From the NCBI RefSeq assembly GCF_001194135.2, contig NC_068982.1, positions 8,534,949-8,569,958 on the forward strand: a DNA stretch of 35,010 bases. Direction: 5' to 3'. The notes beneath the pieces are model-generated. The model did no database searches and was not told where the DNA came from. It saw only the letters and a list, made by a program, of their open reading frames with translations. Origin of the DNA: Octopus bimaculoides. Its lineage: Eukaryota. The position numbers and the translations under genes are program-made. This document shows positions 1-11,936 of this stretch, piece after piece (within the stretch, counting starts at the first letter, position 1; the number at the start of each line of letters is the position of its first letter).

Positions 1-226
1 ACTGTCTATGTGATCTCAAATTTTAAAGCAAACATAATTTTCTTATGGTTTCTTAAACATTCACTTGAACAAAACTGTACAAATCCAGATATATGGTACC
101 CTAGGCATAACACCTACATGAACTTCTAACTTGTTGTCTCTTGAGGTCTCTGGGTGAGACTTGGATCCAACTTGTACAAATGCAAAACAAAAGTCAAACA
201 TAAAATAATAATAATAATAATAATAA
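1..226 (+). mobile_element. Possible 3' end (3'UTR plus (TAA)7 tail) of a non-LTR retrotransposon
   Basis: Seen: non-repetitive tract ending in (TAA)7 at 206-226; the window opens with CTG TCT ATG TGA (LSM*). Inference: TAA-tailed 3' ends are typical of Dong/R4-like elements. The ORF lies outside the window, so this cannot be confirmed. Confidence 0.3.
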
Positions 227-272
227 CATCAAAATACCTTAGGAATGAAACCCAGGTTCAAAATTTCCCCAA

Positions 273-315
273 GACACCTGATGAAGGCTGGAGGGTATAT
301 CAGCCTAAACGTGTT
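273..315 (+). ncRNA. Degenerate minimal type-I hammerhead ribozyme motif in a PLE-type terminal repeat (repeat spans ~231-357)
   Basis: GACAC(273-277)-CTGATGA(278-284)-A-GGCTG(286-290)...CAGCC(301-305)-TAAA-C-GTGTT(311-315). Stems I and II pair; GAAA is mutated to TAAA and the stem III/cleavage triplet is shortened relative to the related copy at 13961-14046. Confidence 0.6.
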
Positions 316-973
316 AACAACAAACAAGATGAGGACAAATATCCGTCAAATGTAAATAAAAGAAAAGTTACTATAAAGGAATAGTTACACTAAAAACGTG
401 TGCAAATTGATGGACCTGTATATTACAAGTTATAGTCAGTTTTCCATTACCTTCAGTAGAATCCTTGTACTTAATATTGTTGCCCAGAATTCTTCGCTTT
501 TAAAAAATTAAAATTGCTGTCAATCAGTCTTATATCTATAATCTTATATGCAATGCCACATACAGATTATGAGATCAAACGTAATAACAATAACACAATT
601 TCTAATATAATTGTTTCTCGTATGGTTGTAAACGCAACTCAGTGAATTTACTGAAGAAAGTAAAGCTATCGAAGAATTGGAAGAGAAGATAGAATACATA
701 ATAACATTTCCTCACTGTCCTTTGCTCTTTCAGTTCTAATTCAGCAAATATCTAGAGATAATAAGTCAGTATTACGATAGATTATATGATTAGAGGTTAG
801 TGTTCGTCTAGTCCGATGAAATTTGAACTAAGCACTTAAATAATTAACGGTGGCTATCAGATGAGCTTTAATTAACTGTGTTACACTTTTGCTAGTCCAG
901 TCAGTAATAATGATTAATATTTTAGAACATTGACACAAGTTCATGTCGTTTTAGGACAAACGTTTGTGAATTA

Positions 974-1180
974 TATAGGGTGTCCATAAATTACCTTTAC
1001 AGTTTGAAAAAGTGAGCTAATAAAGAAAATAATCCAACGAAATTTATTAGAAAACATAGGCAAATAAATTAAGTGTGAAAGGAAACATCAGAACACTTCC
1101 ACGTGGGCGCCATTGATTGCATGCAACCTACTGAGTTAATCTTTCTTGTTCCGTATTTTCCAAATTGGAAATGCAGTTTA
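974..1180 (-). mobile_element. 3' end remnant of a Tc1/mariner-superfamily DNA transposon
   Basis: TA-TAGGGTGTCCATAAA at 974-990 resembles a TA-flanked CAGGGTGTCC-type terminal repeat. The minus strand reads RLHAINGAHVEVF* ending at 1088, like the NGxHVE C-terminus of mariner-like transposases. Confidence 0.5.
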
Positions 1181-1545
1181 TGGATACTCTGTATGACACT
1201 CATTAAGATGGCAAGCTGGTGAAATTCGGTATTTCTTTGGTACTTTATGTACTGAGTCCAAAGTCTGTTGAGGTAAACTTAATCTTTCATCTCCTCCGTG
1301 ATCAATAAACAAAGCACCAGTCAAGTACTGGAGACAAAAGTATCGAAAAAAAGCCTTTTCCCCCAAATTGATGACCTTTTGCCTTAATTAGAAACGAACA
1401 CGCGTATTATGTGGGTCGTATGTATTTAATTATTCCGGACAGATGGGCAACATTAAACTAGAGGTCACGTGAACGTAATGTGGCGTATTTTGAGCGTTGC
1501 TGTATTATAATATTGATAATGTTCAATATCATACAGTTTATGGAA

Positions 1546-1740
1546 GGCGGCGAGCTGGTGGAATCGTTAGTACACCGGACAAAATGATTAGCGACATTTC
1601 GTCCGGTTTTTCGTTCTGAGTTCAAATACTGCCGAGGGCCTTTCAGGGTCGATAAAATAAATACTAGTTGAGCAAGGGGATCGATGTAAACGAGTTAACT
1701 CCTCCCCACGAAATAGTTGGCAATGTGCCAAAATTTGAAC
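1546..1740 (+). mobile_element. tRNA-derived SINE, family A (diverged copy)
   Basis: GGCGGCGAGCTGG head, B-box-like GAGTTCAAATAC, and GGGTCGATAAAATAAATACTAGT core shared with the copies at 21976-22468 and 23592-23800. Confidence 0.8.
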
Positions 1741-2306
1741 CCAAAATTATGCCGTTAATGAAGCGCCGTCTGTCGAGATTGCATGGGATGCACGCAGACT
1801 GACAAAAGTGTTTCACATAGTCTACTTATAGACGTACTTAGTTATATTTTGCAAAAAAAATAAAAGTAACATACTGACTGCAGGTGATATTTTCAAATGT
1901 ATGCATCTGAGGAAAATGACATGTTTAAACCATTGCTGAGACAAAAAAGAAAAAAGAAAAAACTAAAATTGTGCAACATTAATGAAATAAAGACTCAATT
2001 ATTAAATGATTACGAGTATTAATTACATTCCTGAAAACAGCGAAAAAGCTTGAATCCAAATTAAGAAATAATGAAGTATTTATAGAAGTGAATTAGTTAT
2101 GGATTAAATTTAATCACAAGTGGTGATATTTATGTTTCCATAGCATTTCATAATTAATGATGTTGCGAAGTTGCGTTTTTCTTTTTATAAATTTAAAAAA
2201 GGATGTCTGGAATTGTCGCATAGATAGGGAATCAGTACTAAGGATTCTTGTTAGATATCTGACATCACGCGTAATAGATCCGCCAATTTTTGGTAGCTCA
2301 CCGCTC

Positions 2307-2470
2307 TATGTATGCATGTATGCATGCATGTATGTATGTACGTATGTATGTATGTATGTATGTATGTATGTGTGTATGTGTGTATGTATGTATGCATGCA
2401 TGCATGTATGTATGTATGCAAGTACGTATATATGTATGTACAATTATATATGTACATGTGTGTGTGAGTT
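2307..2470. repeat. Compound (TATG)n/(TG)n microsatellite
   Basis: Directly visible tetra- and dinucleotide repeats. Confidence 0.95.
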
Positions 2471-2549
2471 TGTGAGAGTGCTTGTATATATATGTATATA
2501 TATATATATGGAAAAAGACAAAGTGTCTAAGTACAAAAGTATTTGAAAC

Positions 2550-2614
2550 TACATGTACACACGCACGCATACATACATAGACACATATACATACATACAT
2601 ACATACATGCATAA

Positions 2615-2666
<52 letters not shown>

Positions 2667-2678
2667 TAATATATATAT
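2550..2678. repeat. Compound (TACA)n/(CA)n/(TA)n microsatellite
   Basis: Directly visible. Confidence 0.95.
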
Positions 2679-3077
2679 TTATGCGTTCATATCTATAGCA
2701 CTTATGTAAAAATATCAGTCTACAAAATGTTGGTGTATAATCATCATGCATAAAACGAAACTTTAAGAAGGATACTTCAAAGCGTGAGAAATATGAGAGT
2801 TAAGAATAAAGTTTAATTAGAAAATAACTCAAATATTTCCACCTGTATATTTGGAATTTTTTATCTGAATTCAAAGAACGAGATTTATTAAAAATATTTA
2901 ATTAGATGATAGAGAAACCATTACCAACGCAATTGCATGGAAAATACATTACAACTATAGAATAAGCGGTATTAGAAATATGGCTGCTGGTGACCTTCAT
3001 TGGGAGGGCAAGTTAGTCTCTGTCAAGTGAATGAGGTGGTGTGATTAATGTAGTAGAAAGAAATATCATCAGATGAC

Positions 3078-3189
3078 AAACGGCCGAGGGACGCTTGGAA
3101 ATGGCAAATACTGGACTAACTTGTTCTAAGGATAAACGGCCGAGGAACGCTTGAAAATGGCAAATACTGATCTAATTTGTTTTAAAGAT
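3078..3189. repeat. 56-bp tandem duplication (2 copies)
   Basis: AAACGGCCGAGG...GAT at 3078-3133 and 3134-3189, 7 mismatches. Confidence 0.9.
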
Positions 3190-3212
3190 ATAAAATAAAT
3201 AAAGATTTAATG

Positions 3213-3549
3213 AGCTAGCTTATTGTCTTGCATAACTGTATTATATATATATATATATATANNNNNNNNNNNNNNNNNNNNNNNNNNNNNNNNNNNNNNN
3301 NNNNNNNNNNNNNNNNNNNNNNNNNNNNNNNNNNNNNNNNNNNNNNNNNNNNNNNNNNNNNNNNNNNNNNNNNNNNNNNNNNNNNNNNNNNNNNNNNNNN
3401 NNNNNNNNNNNNNNNNNNNNNNNNNNNNNNNNNNNNNNNNNNNNNNNNNNNNNNNNNNNNNNNNNNNNNNNNNNNNNNNNNNNNNNNNNNNNNNNNNNNN
3501 NNNNNNNNNNNNNNNNNNNNNNNNNNNNNNNNNNNNNNNNNNNNNNNNN

Positions 3550-3618
<69 letters not shown>

Positions 3619-3647
3619 ATACAGTTATGCAAAATAATAATTTAGCT
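3213..3647. repeat. 31-bp inverted repeats enclosing a (TA)n array and an assembly gap (N 3262-3549)
   Basis: 3213-3243 AGCTAGCTTATTGTCTTGCATAACTGTATTA is the reverse complement of 3617-3647 TAATACAGTTATGCAAAATAATAATTTAGCT at 27 of 31 positions. Confidence 0.85.
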
Positions 3648-5028
3648 TTCTTTCTCACGATCCCAAAACCATTGGGAAATTGGTGAGTGCAACTCGGTAT
3701 GGCGAGTTGACAGAAACACTCTCTGCTTAAGTTTTCACCACAGTAGAATAGAGTGAGAAGATTATAGAGGCGTCTTAGTCTGTTTAGAAAGGAATCAAGC
3801 AGATCACAGTATCCCTCGGATCTTAACAGCTCAAACTCTTTTTTTCTTCATCATACATTAGAGCACGGATTTGATGTTCTCTGATACTATTTACCGGATA
3901 GTTGTTTACGATATCTTGGTCTCCTCTCAATGATTGTCTTTAAAAGCTTCCTGAAATTATTGTTGATGTTCTGGGCGTTATTAAAGATGTTTTGGTGCTG
4001 AGGAGTTGCTATTTGATGCCATTGAATCTTCAGAACAATTTGGCTAGAGGCGCCTTGGCACTGAGATATATGAGATTTTATATGGCAAAACAAATAATTG
4101 ATATTTTATTAGTCAAGCTTGAACCATGGCCGATCTTAAAATATATAGAGGTGGTCATAATTAAAAAAGTTAAGACTTAATAAATCTAAATTTTTCAATA
4201 AATCGTTTTAAGTGATACGATAATAAATTTGATTAGCGAGCTGTCTGGTCTCAAACCGAGCGTTGAAACTAATATTTCTACATCTGAAATGACGCATAGA
4301 AAATAAAGCTTATAATCACACTCAGGGTTTGTTGTTTGTCTAATTTCACGTCTCCAGTAACACAAAACAAAATGGCATATTTGGCAACAGAAAGTTTGGC
4401 GCGGTCATTTTGATGTTGAACAAATATACAAGAAATCATTTGAAAATGAATGCACACATAAGCGCATGTACAGCAGCACACAAAAAAAAACAGAGAAGAG
4501 TGAGATAGGTAGACAAGGATATTTAAATCTATTGAAAGGAAAACGAAATAAATGAAATATAATGTTCTTTCTCTTTGCATGGTTTTTCTATTGTTATATT
4601 TCCCTGGTAGTAAGTGTACGAGCTGATGATATTTTCGTTTACTTGCATTGCTCCTGTTTTTGTTCACTTGATTGTTGTTAAATTTCTTTGCTCGATATGT
4701 AAATATCGAAATATAATTTCGCTTCGTAACTAAAATTCATTTTCTCGCCACATCTTTCTTCTCTCTTACTACTTCCGCTCCCTTACTTCAACACTTATTT
4801 CTCCCGTGTTTCTCTGTCTGAACCTCCGACATTCTTAACTGCTTTGCTGTCTGTGAACATCTTTGACTACCCGCGAGGTAATCCACCGCACTTTTAGTTG
4901 GCAGGAGATTACCTTCTTTCTCTGTTTATTATATAATATCTTTATGGCGATGTCCTATCAAGGCAATAAACGCAGTATTCTGTGTTCTAACACAACCTTC
5001 CCGTTAAGTAGAGATAAAGATGACCTTT

Positions 5029-5030
<2 letters not shown>

Positions 5031-5077
<47 letters not shown>
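5031..5077. repeat. (AC)n microsatellite
   Basis: Directly visible. Confidence 0.95.
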
Positions 5078-5080
<3 letters not shown>

Positions 5081-5155
5081 ACACACAAACACAGGCACAC
5101 ACACACCTACACATATACAAACGTATAAATATACTTATATATTCACACACATATA

Positions 5156-5340
5156 TTCTTTTATTCTTTTACTTGTTTCAGTCATTTGACTGCGGCCAAA
5201 TCGACCTCAGGACTTATTCTTTGTAAGCCTAGTATTTATTCTATCGATCTCTTTTGCCGAACCCCCAAATTACGAGGACATAGTCCTACCAACATCGGTT
5301 GTCAAGCGATGGTAGAGGAACGAACACAGACACACAAACA

Positions 5341-5411
<71 letters not shown>

Positions 5412-5568
5412 GGCCTCTTTCAGTTTTCGTCTATCAAATCAACTCACAAGACTTTGGTCAGCCTGAGTCTAGAGTAGAAACACTTTCCTAAGGTGCCACG
5501 CAGTGGGATTGAACCCAGAACCATGTGGTTCGGAAGTAAGCTTCTTACCACATAGTCACGCCAGCGCC
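5156..5568 (-). mobile_element. tRNA-derived SINE, family C, with internal (TA)n microsatellite
   Basis: Minus strand has an A-box-like TGACTATGTGGTAAG and B-box-like GGTTCAATCCC head, an internal (TA)n at ~5346-5405, and a 3' part homologous to 24346-24426 and 28873-28980. Confidence 0.85.
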
Positions 5569-6130
5569 TATTACAGCCATACTTGTGCCTATATATTCTA
5601 TATATATGCATGTGTGAATGTATGTTTACTGGTCCAACAAAGGATATGCATATCTGCATAGTTGGTTCGTGTTTCAAGTTCCCTATTTTAGTCGATGCAA
5701 AAGCATTTGTATCTCATGAATACTCTCTGAAAGGCCGGGCAGATGCTGACCTTGCACTATTCCGATTCCAGTAAATAACTTGTGATATTTCACGATGTCA
5801 ATTTTGATTTGAGTACAAACGCACACGACCTTGGCTTTTTACTGCATTATTCTGTCAGGCAAGATATAGCACTTGTGAATATTTGCCAGAGCAACTGAGA
5901 ATATTCTGTTAGGAAATTGTGCACGTTCAAGGACAAGTCCTATACAATGCTATCAAAACAATAGCCTTGCCATATCCGTAGGAAAAGAAAAACTCAATTG
6001 TTGTATATTATAGCATTCACCTATCAAACCACACGCCATTCCACATTCATTATCTCTCTCGTTCACTCAGGCATACAACCCTACCTTGACTCTGACTGCC
6101 TGGTCTCTCTCTCTATGATAAATAGAGACA

Positions 6131-6133
<3 letters not shown>

Positions 6134-6183
<50 letters not shown>

Positions 6184-6280
6184 GCAAATACATAAAGATA
6201 CGCATACATAGACAATAGACACACATATGTGTGTGGTGTGTGTGCGCGTGTGATTGTGTGTGTGTGAGTGTGTGTGTAAA
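6134..6280. repeat. (AT)n followed by (GT)n microsatellites
   Basis: Directly visible. Confidence 0.9.
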
Positions 6281-7090
6281 ATCTCTACTGAATTCTAGAC
6301 AGATTAAAGTAAACTCGCTAATTGAACTCCTACAATAACAGTTGTTGTTTTCTCTTTGCATTGCCTGTTATTGATAAACCCATATTGCCATTCTTCGTGC
6401 CTTTTCCAAATCAGTTATTCAGGTGTACAAAATCATAATCATTTTCTCTTCTGAACTGCATCGGTTAGACTCGTTATTACCTTTTATAGACACACTCGAT
6501 ATTATTAGAAATATCAGTCAAATGTCCGGAAACCAACCGAATATGCGTAAAATGGTTAGGAGACGCGTTCCCTGCCTCAGATTAATTCTAAAGGATTGGA
6601 TAATCAGAGCAAATCAAGAGAAACTCTAACATATAATATACCAATTTATGGGACAGGTTTGCCGTGTGGTTAAGAATTTCTTTCACTTTGAAACTCTGTG
6701 CTTAAAAGTAGCATACCGTATCCTTGATCCGACCATGGTCCTCCGACTTCAATTTGGTTGGTTGGAACAGTTCGGAAGAAACCAGGAAGGTTGTTCTTGT
6801 TCTTTCTTCATTACTTGACACTTAGATACATTTATCGGCGTTGAATCTGCTTCAACTATTTATGTGAGGCTCACGGTTGGTTAATATCTCCCCATCATTC
6901 TTCCTGCAGGATCGAATGCCTTGAAATGAAATATTTTCGATGATTTACGATTGTCTTATGACTGCTTTACAAAATAACAGATTCACAATACCGATGACAT
7001 AAGCGGACAAAACATAAATGGTAAACTCATTTCCTATCGATATAATTTTACTGTACTAATGAAAATTTCTAAAAAGTCAAATTTCACTTG

Positions 7091-7136
<46 letters not shown>
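7091..7136. repeat. (TA)n microsatellite
   Basis: Directly visible. Confidence 0.95.
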
Positions 7137-7138
<2 letters not shown>

Positions 7139-7789
7139 TAAAATTATGATATTTTTTATTTATAGTTTATTACCTCTTTATCTAAGAAATATATTGTAGT
7201 TTGTAATTATCGTAGATTTATGCTTTTGTCTATTTGATTTACTGAAACATATCCTCTAATAAAGTAAGTTCCTATTTTGTACTTGTTAGTTACTTAGAAT
7301 AATGTCTATATCAGTAAGAATAAATAAATGAGAGTAATTATTATATATTATCATTATATATAATTATATATATTTTTGAATAATTAACCATATAAATATA
7401 TATTGTAGTACCTATGATATTTAGAAGATATAGTAATATTATGTTTCTTCAAACTTATATACGCATATAAATTTATGGAATAAATTGGATTAACTTAGTT
7501 CCCTTCTGTAAAAGTAATTAAAACTCTGATACTTTATTTAATTATATATTATTATCATTATTATGTAAAATATTTGGTATGGTTTTATAATAATCGTAAC
7601 TTTATACATTTGTTGAACATCGGTATATTTGGTAGTAAAATACTGAATAAATGAATTGCCGATTAAGAAATTTTTTATTGAATTTAGTGTCTGAATTAAA
7701 TATACCCTTATCCATTTATCTCTTTTCATCAAAATATACAGTAATGTTAAATAAAATATATTTCCTACTCCAACATTAATTTTCTACAG

Positions 7790-7918
7790 TTATGGATATT
7801 TTATATAGGTATGGATATTAGGTATGGATATAGGTATGGATATTATATTATATAGGTATGGATATTATATTATAGGTCTGGATATTATATTATAATATAG
7901 GTATGGATATTATATTAT
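7790..7918. repeat. Minisatellite, 7 units built on (G)GTATGGATAT with variable AT spacers
   Basis: Seven GGATAT cores, most preceded by AGGTAT. Confidence 0.9.
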
Positions 7919-10527
7919 AAAATGGCCAGTGATTATTTTCGATTAAAATACTTTTTGATTAATATCATTGGAGATTCGTAAGAACAGTTTATGACCGTTG
8001 TAAATATTTTTACTAAATTATTTTATCAATTTGAATTTTGTTGTTCTTTTTATTGTATTTATTATGTATATGAATTATTAACGCTCACGCTTCTGAACAT
8101 AGTTATTTTCTTGAATCAGCGTATTTTGATAATTTGACTGTCCTTACATGGAATATCGTCTGTTTGTTTTAGCAAAGGCCCTAAGGAGACTTGTATACAT
8201 AGATGTGAATGTCTTTGTAAATTCACTAGTGTATATAAGTCGAAACAAATTGTTGGTTTTATATTTTGTTATATTATATCTTTTTATAGTAGATTATATT
8301 ATACTACAATGTGAATAAATTTTATGTATGTCAATTTTATTTCTCTATTTCATCATATATATATATTGCAAAGCCTCGGTGTAAGGTGAATGTGAATGTA
8401 AACATATTCTTTGTATGCTACTGGATGACGTCCAGGGAAAGCTCCCTGCACGACGCCGAGTGTTAAGGAACCCCTGAATGTCACAGACCAGGCGGAATCA
8501 CCGGCTTTGACCAAGAATGGTATGGTAGATACCACTATTTCACTATCGTCGTGGCTTATCAATACCATGTACTCGGATCATCTTGAAGTGAAGTTAATCA
8601 CTGGTCGGTGATTTATATACAAATAAAGTGAAATCTAATTGCTGATGTTTTGCAACGAGATATACGTAATTAATTTCGGTTTTAAACAATGGAAATAAAT
8701 TGTCTTGATCATTATTCTAATATTTCGACTAGATATAATCTATTTCATGGATCAAAATATTCTGATGATATGTATTCACCGACAACAGAAGGATAATCAA
8801 CTTTGCTGGAGTTTGATCCCAGAAGTAAGAGCATGCGAACAGTAAGCACATAAAGTTTGTCCGATGCTCTACAGAATCTACTCATGCAGGAATTCATTTT
8901 TACTGATGTGTCTGATATTGCTTCTCCTAAGCAATTATTTTGTTGGGTATTGTATAACCAGGTGAATCGATCCTTGTAATTCACTGGTACACAATTTTAT
9001 CAACCATGGAGAGATAAAAAAAACTCACCTCCGATACATTTGAAATTAGATCATAAAGCGCCAGAACGTTGTCCAAAACACCAGATTCTGACAATTTGCC
9101 CTAGTCTAGTATTTACAATTGCAATGAGTAAATTGGATCGAAAATAAGGACGTAGAATATCACAGAGTCAGAATTAAGCAAAATCTTTAATACTTTTGTC
9201 AGTAATAAAATAGAGGGTATTATATCAATAGAGGTGGTTGATGTATATCTTAAAGAGGATTAATCGAATCAAGTTCCGCTTGAAATGGCGTCATTTGTAT
9301 TTGTGTGTTTTTTAATATTAGATAATGGGAAACCATCCCATTTTCCACTTGTCTTAATTTCACGACGTAAGAAATCATTGAGAAATGAGTGTAAACGCTT
9401 ATCAGAAGCGAATATAATTATAATATCATTTTTCAGACAATCATACGGTAATTCTTGAAAATACACACTTAAATTAATTGGGATTTCATTTTGTTATTAT
9501 TCTTATCTTTTTATAGATCACGGAAGATAAGAAACAAGACAAACGTAGGCAAATATTTAGTAATAGGAACAAGTAAAACAAATTTGTAATTAACTGTAAT
9601 TTATATATTTTTTTCCTACGGTAAATGAACTTTTAGGTGGTGGCCAAATGTTACAAGAAATTCTGAAAATAGCTTTCGCTTTTACGTATAGAAATATTAG
9701 TTTACTGAATTTTCATAGTTATGAATATAAATATTTTTTGTTGAATACCAGGCTATTGAAATTTAATAATGATAGATTACACTCCAAGATAAGTAATTAT
9801 AAATTTGTCATTTAATTTTCTAGTTCATGTGGTAGAAAATTATTTAATGAGCATACTTGACTGTTGGCATGTATCCTTATGGTTATCCTGGTTGCATGAC
9901 TCACGAGTTTAATATTTCTATTTTCTTGATGTGATTTTCCATAAGGTATATACATTTAGCAGTCTCTTATTTTTAAGAGACTGAGATACGCGAACTATAT
10001 TAAATCAATTGTATACGAACGTAAAATGAACTAGCATGACTCAGAACAAATACGTACATCTGCTGAGAAGGAAGTTGATCAGCTCCACTGAATGCAGTAC
10101 TATTGATACTGTCGTTATTGATTGTCGGAGGCATGATTAAAATTTAAGGATTTCTTTAAGATTTCCATAAGCGAAGTTATCCCACTAATTGACTGTAATT
10201 GCATTCAGCTGTATGACGATGCTCGAGAAAAAATTGTCTCTGAGGATTCTCATCAGATATGAAAATATTTGCAGCGTAGCAGTAAAGTGATTGCCTTGTT
10301 GGAGTGGACAGTTAATGTAATTAAATGATGTGCACCCGATCTACCGTAGTATATGCCCCCAACGTATATGAACTCGTGTCTATCATAAACATCAGTATCA
10401 AATCAGTAGAATACTTGTAGGTTTCTATATTTATAAGGATGCTCTGCTGTAAACACATGTCAAAGTAACGAATTGTATCTTACAATTCAGTGCTATTATA
10501 CCTACAAATTCGCGTATACGAGAAACA

Positions 10528-10581
10528 TATATGATGTATATATGTATGTATGTATATATGTATGTATGTATGTATATATAT
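10528..10581. repeat. (TATG)n/(TA)n microsatellite
   Basis: Directly visible. Confidence 0.9.
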
Positions 10582-10784
10582 GGATCAGAACAGTTTGATT
10601 CAACCTTCTTGTAACTCTGAGTTTCAAGAGTGATGCTAATATTCGGTCATAGAAATTTGAATATGCAGAAAGCGACGTGTAAATTGTCGCCATTTTATAT
10701 TTTTAATTTCTTACATGCGTTGATTTTGTCGACTACACAATATAATAGGGTCAGTTGGGCACCGGCTGTGAGAAAAACTGCATC

Positions 10785-11822
10785 ATGACGCGATTCACTC
10801 TGCCAGGAATTTGAAAACGACACGCTGTACTCCTTGGCATTTGCGCCGGAAACTCCAATACAAACATTTAAGAATGTTTGAGTGTCAATCTGAAGACAGT
10901 GCAGAGGATTCGGAAAGAGTTGAATGAGTCTAATGGTGTTTACTAAGGTACGGCAGCTCGGAAAAATCACTCTGAAGGCTCTGATAAGAAAAGAACTCCT
11001 GAATTTGTTGGTGAGATCCAGGCCATGATTGACAACGATCCCTCAAAGTCTATTAAGTCAATCACCAGGGACATGGGAGTGTCTGAATTTCTTATCAGGC
11101 AGTTAGTGCATGAAGACATTCGGTATTCCCCATACAAGATGGGGAAGGGCCAATTTTTATCCCAAGCCTTTAAGGACAAGTGTAAAGACCGCGTTATGAA
11201 GCTTTTGAACAAACTCAAGCGACTGGAGGTGCATTGGTTGTTCTAAGATGAGACAAATTACTGCCAAGATCTGATGATGAACACACAGAACAACCATTGA
11301 CTAGCCGTGCCTCTAAACTGGTACCGAGAGTGATAACAATCAAACATCCACTCAACATCATGGTGTTTGGAGGGATTACTAGTGATGGTGGTGTTATGCC
11401 CCCATTCATCTTACCACACGGCCTCATACTCAACACGGAGGCCTACATCAAGTGCCAGCAGTAGGTAGTGCTGCTGTGGGTCAAGACGATGGCTGTTGGA
11501 AGACCTTATGTCTGCAAACAAGACACTGCACCATGCCATATAAGCAGGAGAACCCAGTCATGACTGTCAGACAATTTTTGCGACCACATTATCCTTAACA
11601 TCTGGCCATATAATTTCCCAGACTGCAACCTCCTTGATTATTATTATGTGGGGAGCAGCTGAGTGAGAAACCGGCAGAACTTGTAACATCAAAGATGAAC
11701 CGAAGGCAAGGATTATGGCAGTATTCACCAAGTTAGCCAACAAGACCGTCTCGATGAGTTGCAGGCGTTTCCGAAGTCGTCTGGAGGCCGTGGTTGAAGC
11801 AAATGGCGATTTAATTGAATAA
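10785..11822 (+). pseudogene. Decayed Tc1/mariner transposase, DD37D (maT-type)
   Basis: Manual translation across stops and frameshifts: MTRFTLPGI*KRHAVLLG...KRTPEFVGEIQAMIDNDPSKSIK...WLF*DET...MVFGGITSDGGVMPPFI...QDTAPCH...WPYNFPDCNLLDY...FRSRLEAVVEANGDLIE*. There are 37 residues between the second and third Asp, counted by hand. Confidence 0.92.
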
Positions 11823-11936
11823 ATTTACTGTTTAGTATTTCAAGATAATTTAATGTAATTTTGGTAAATTTACCTGTGGGAATGAGATGTCAGTGTTATT
11901 TTCATTTTTACATAATTTCGACGACAAATATGTTTA

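Noticed and set aside
2157-2751. ORFs rich in YI/CM/HT dipeptides here and at 3207-3686, 11861-12931, 13407-13884 and 19080-19842
   Set aside because: They are translations of microsatellites and N gaps, not genes.
3078-3189. Direct repeats considered as CRISPR-like
   Set aside because: Only two abutting copies, no spacers, no cas genes, and a eukaryotic context.
4698-4994. Possible solo LTR (TG...AATAAA...CA) with hairpin 4876-4883/4907-4914 resembling a decayed hammerhead stem II
   Set aside because: No target-site duplication, no second copy, and neither catalytic box is intact.
6910-7020. 111-nt segment with a good acceptor (TTCTTCCTGCAG) and GTAAAC donor
   Set aside because: Stops in all three frames; it could only be a non-coding exon, and nothing supports that.
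10660-11936. Terminal inverted repeats for the DD37D element
   Set aside because: Only a weak TTGTCG match is visible and the right end runs into the gap.
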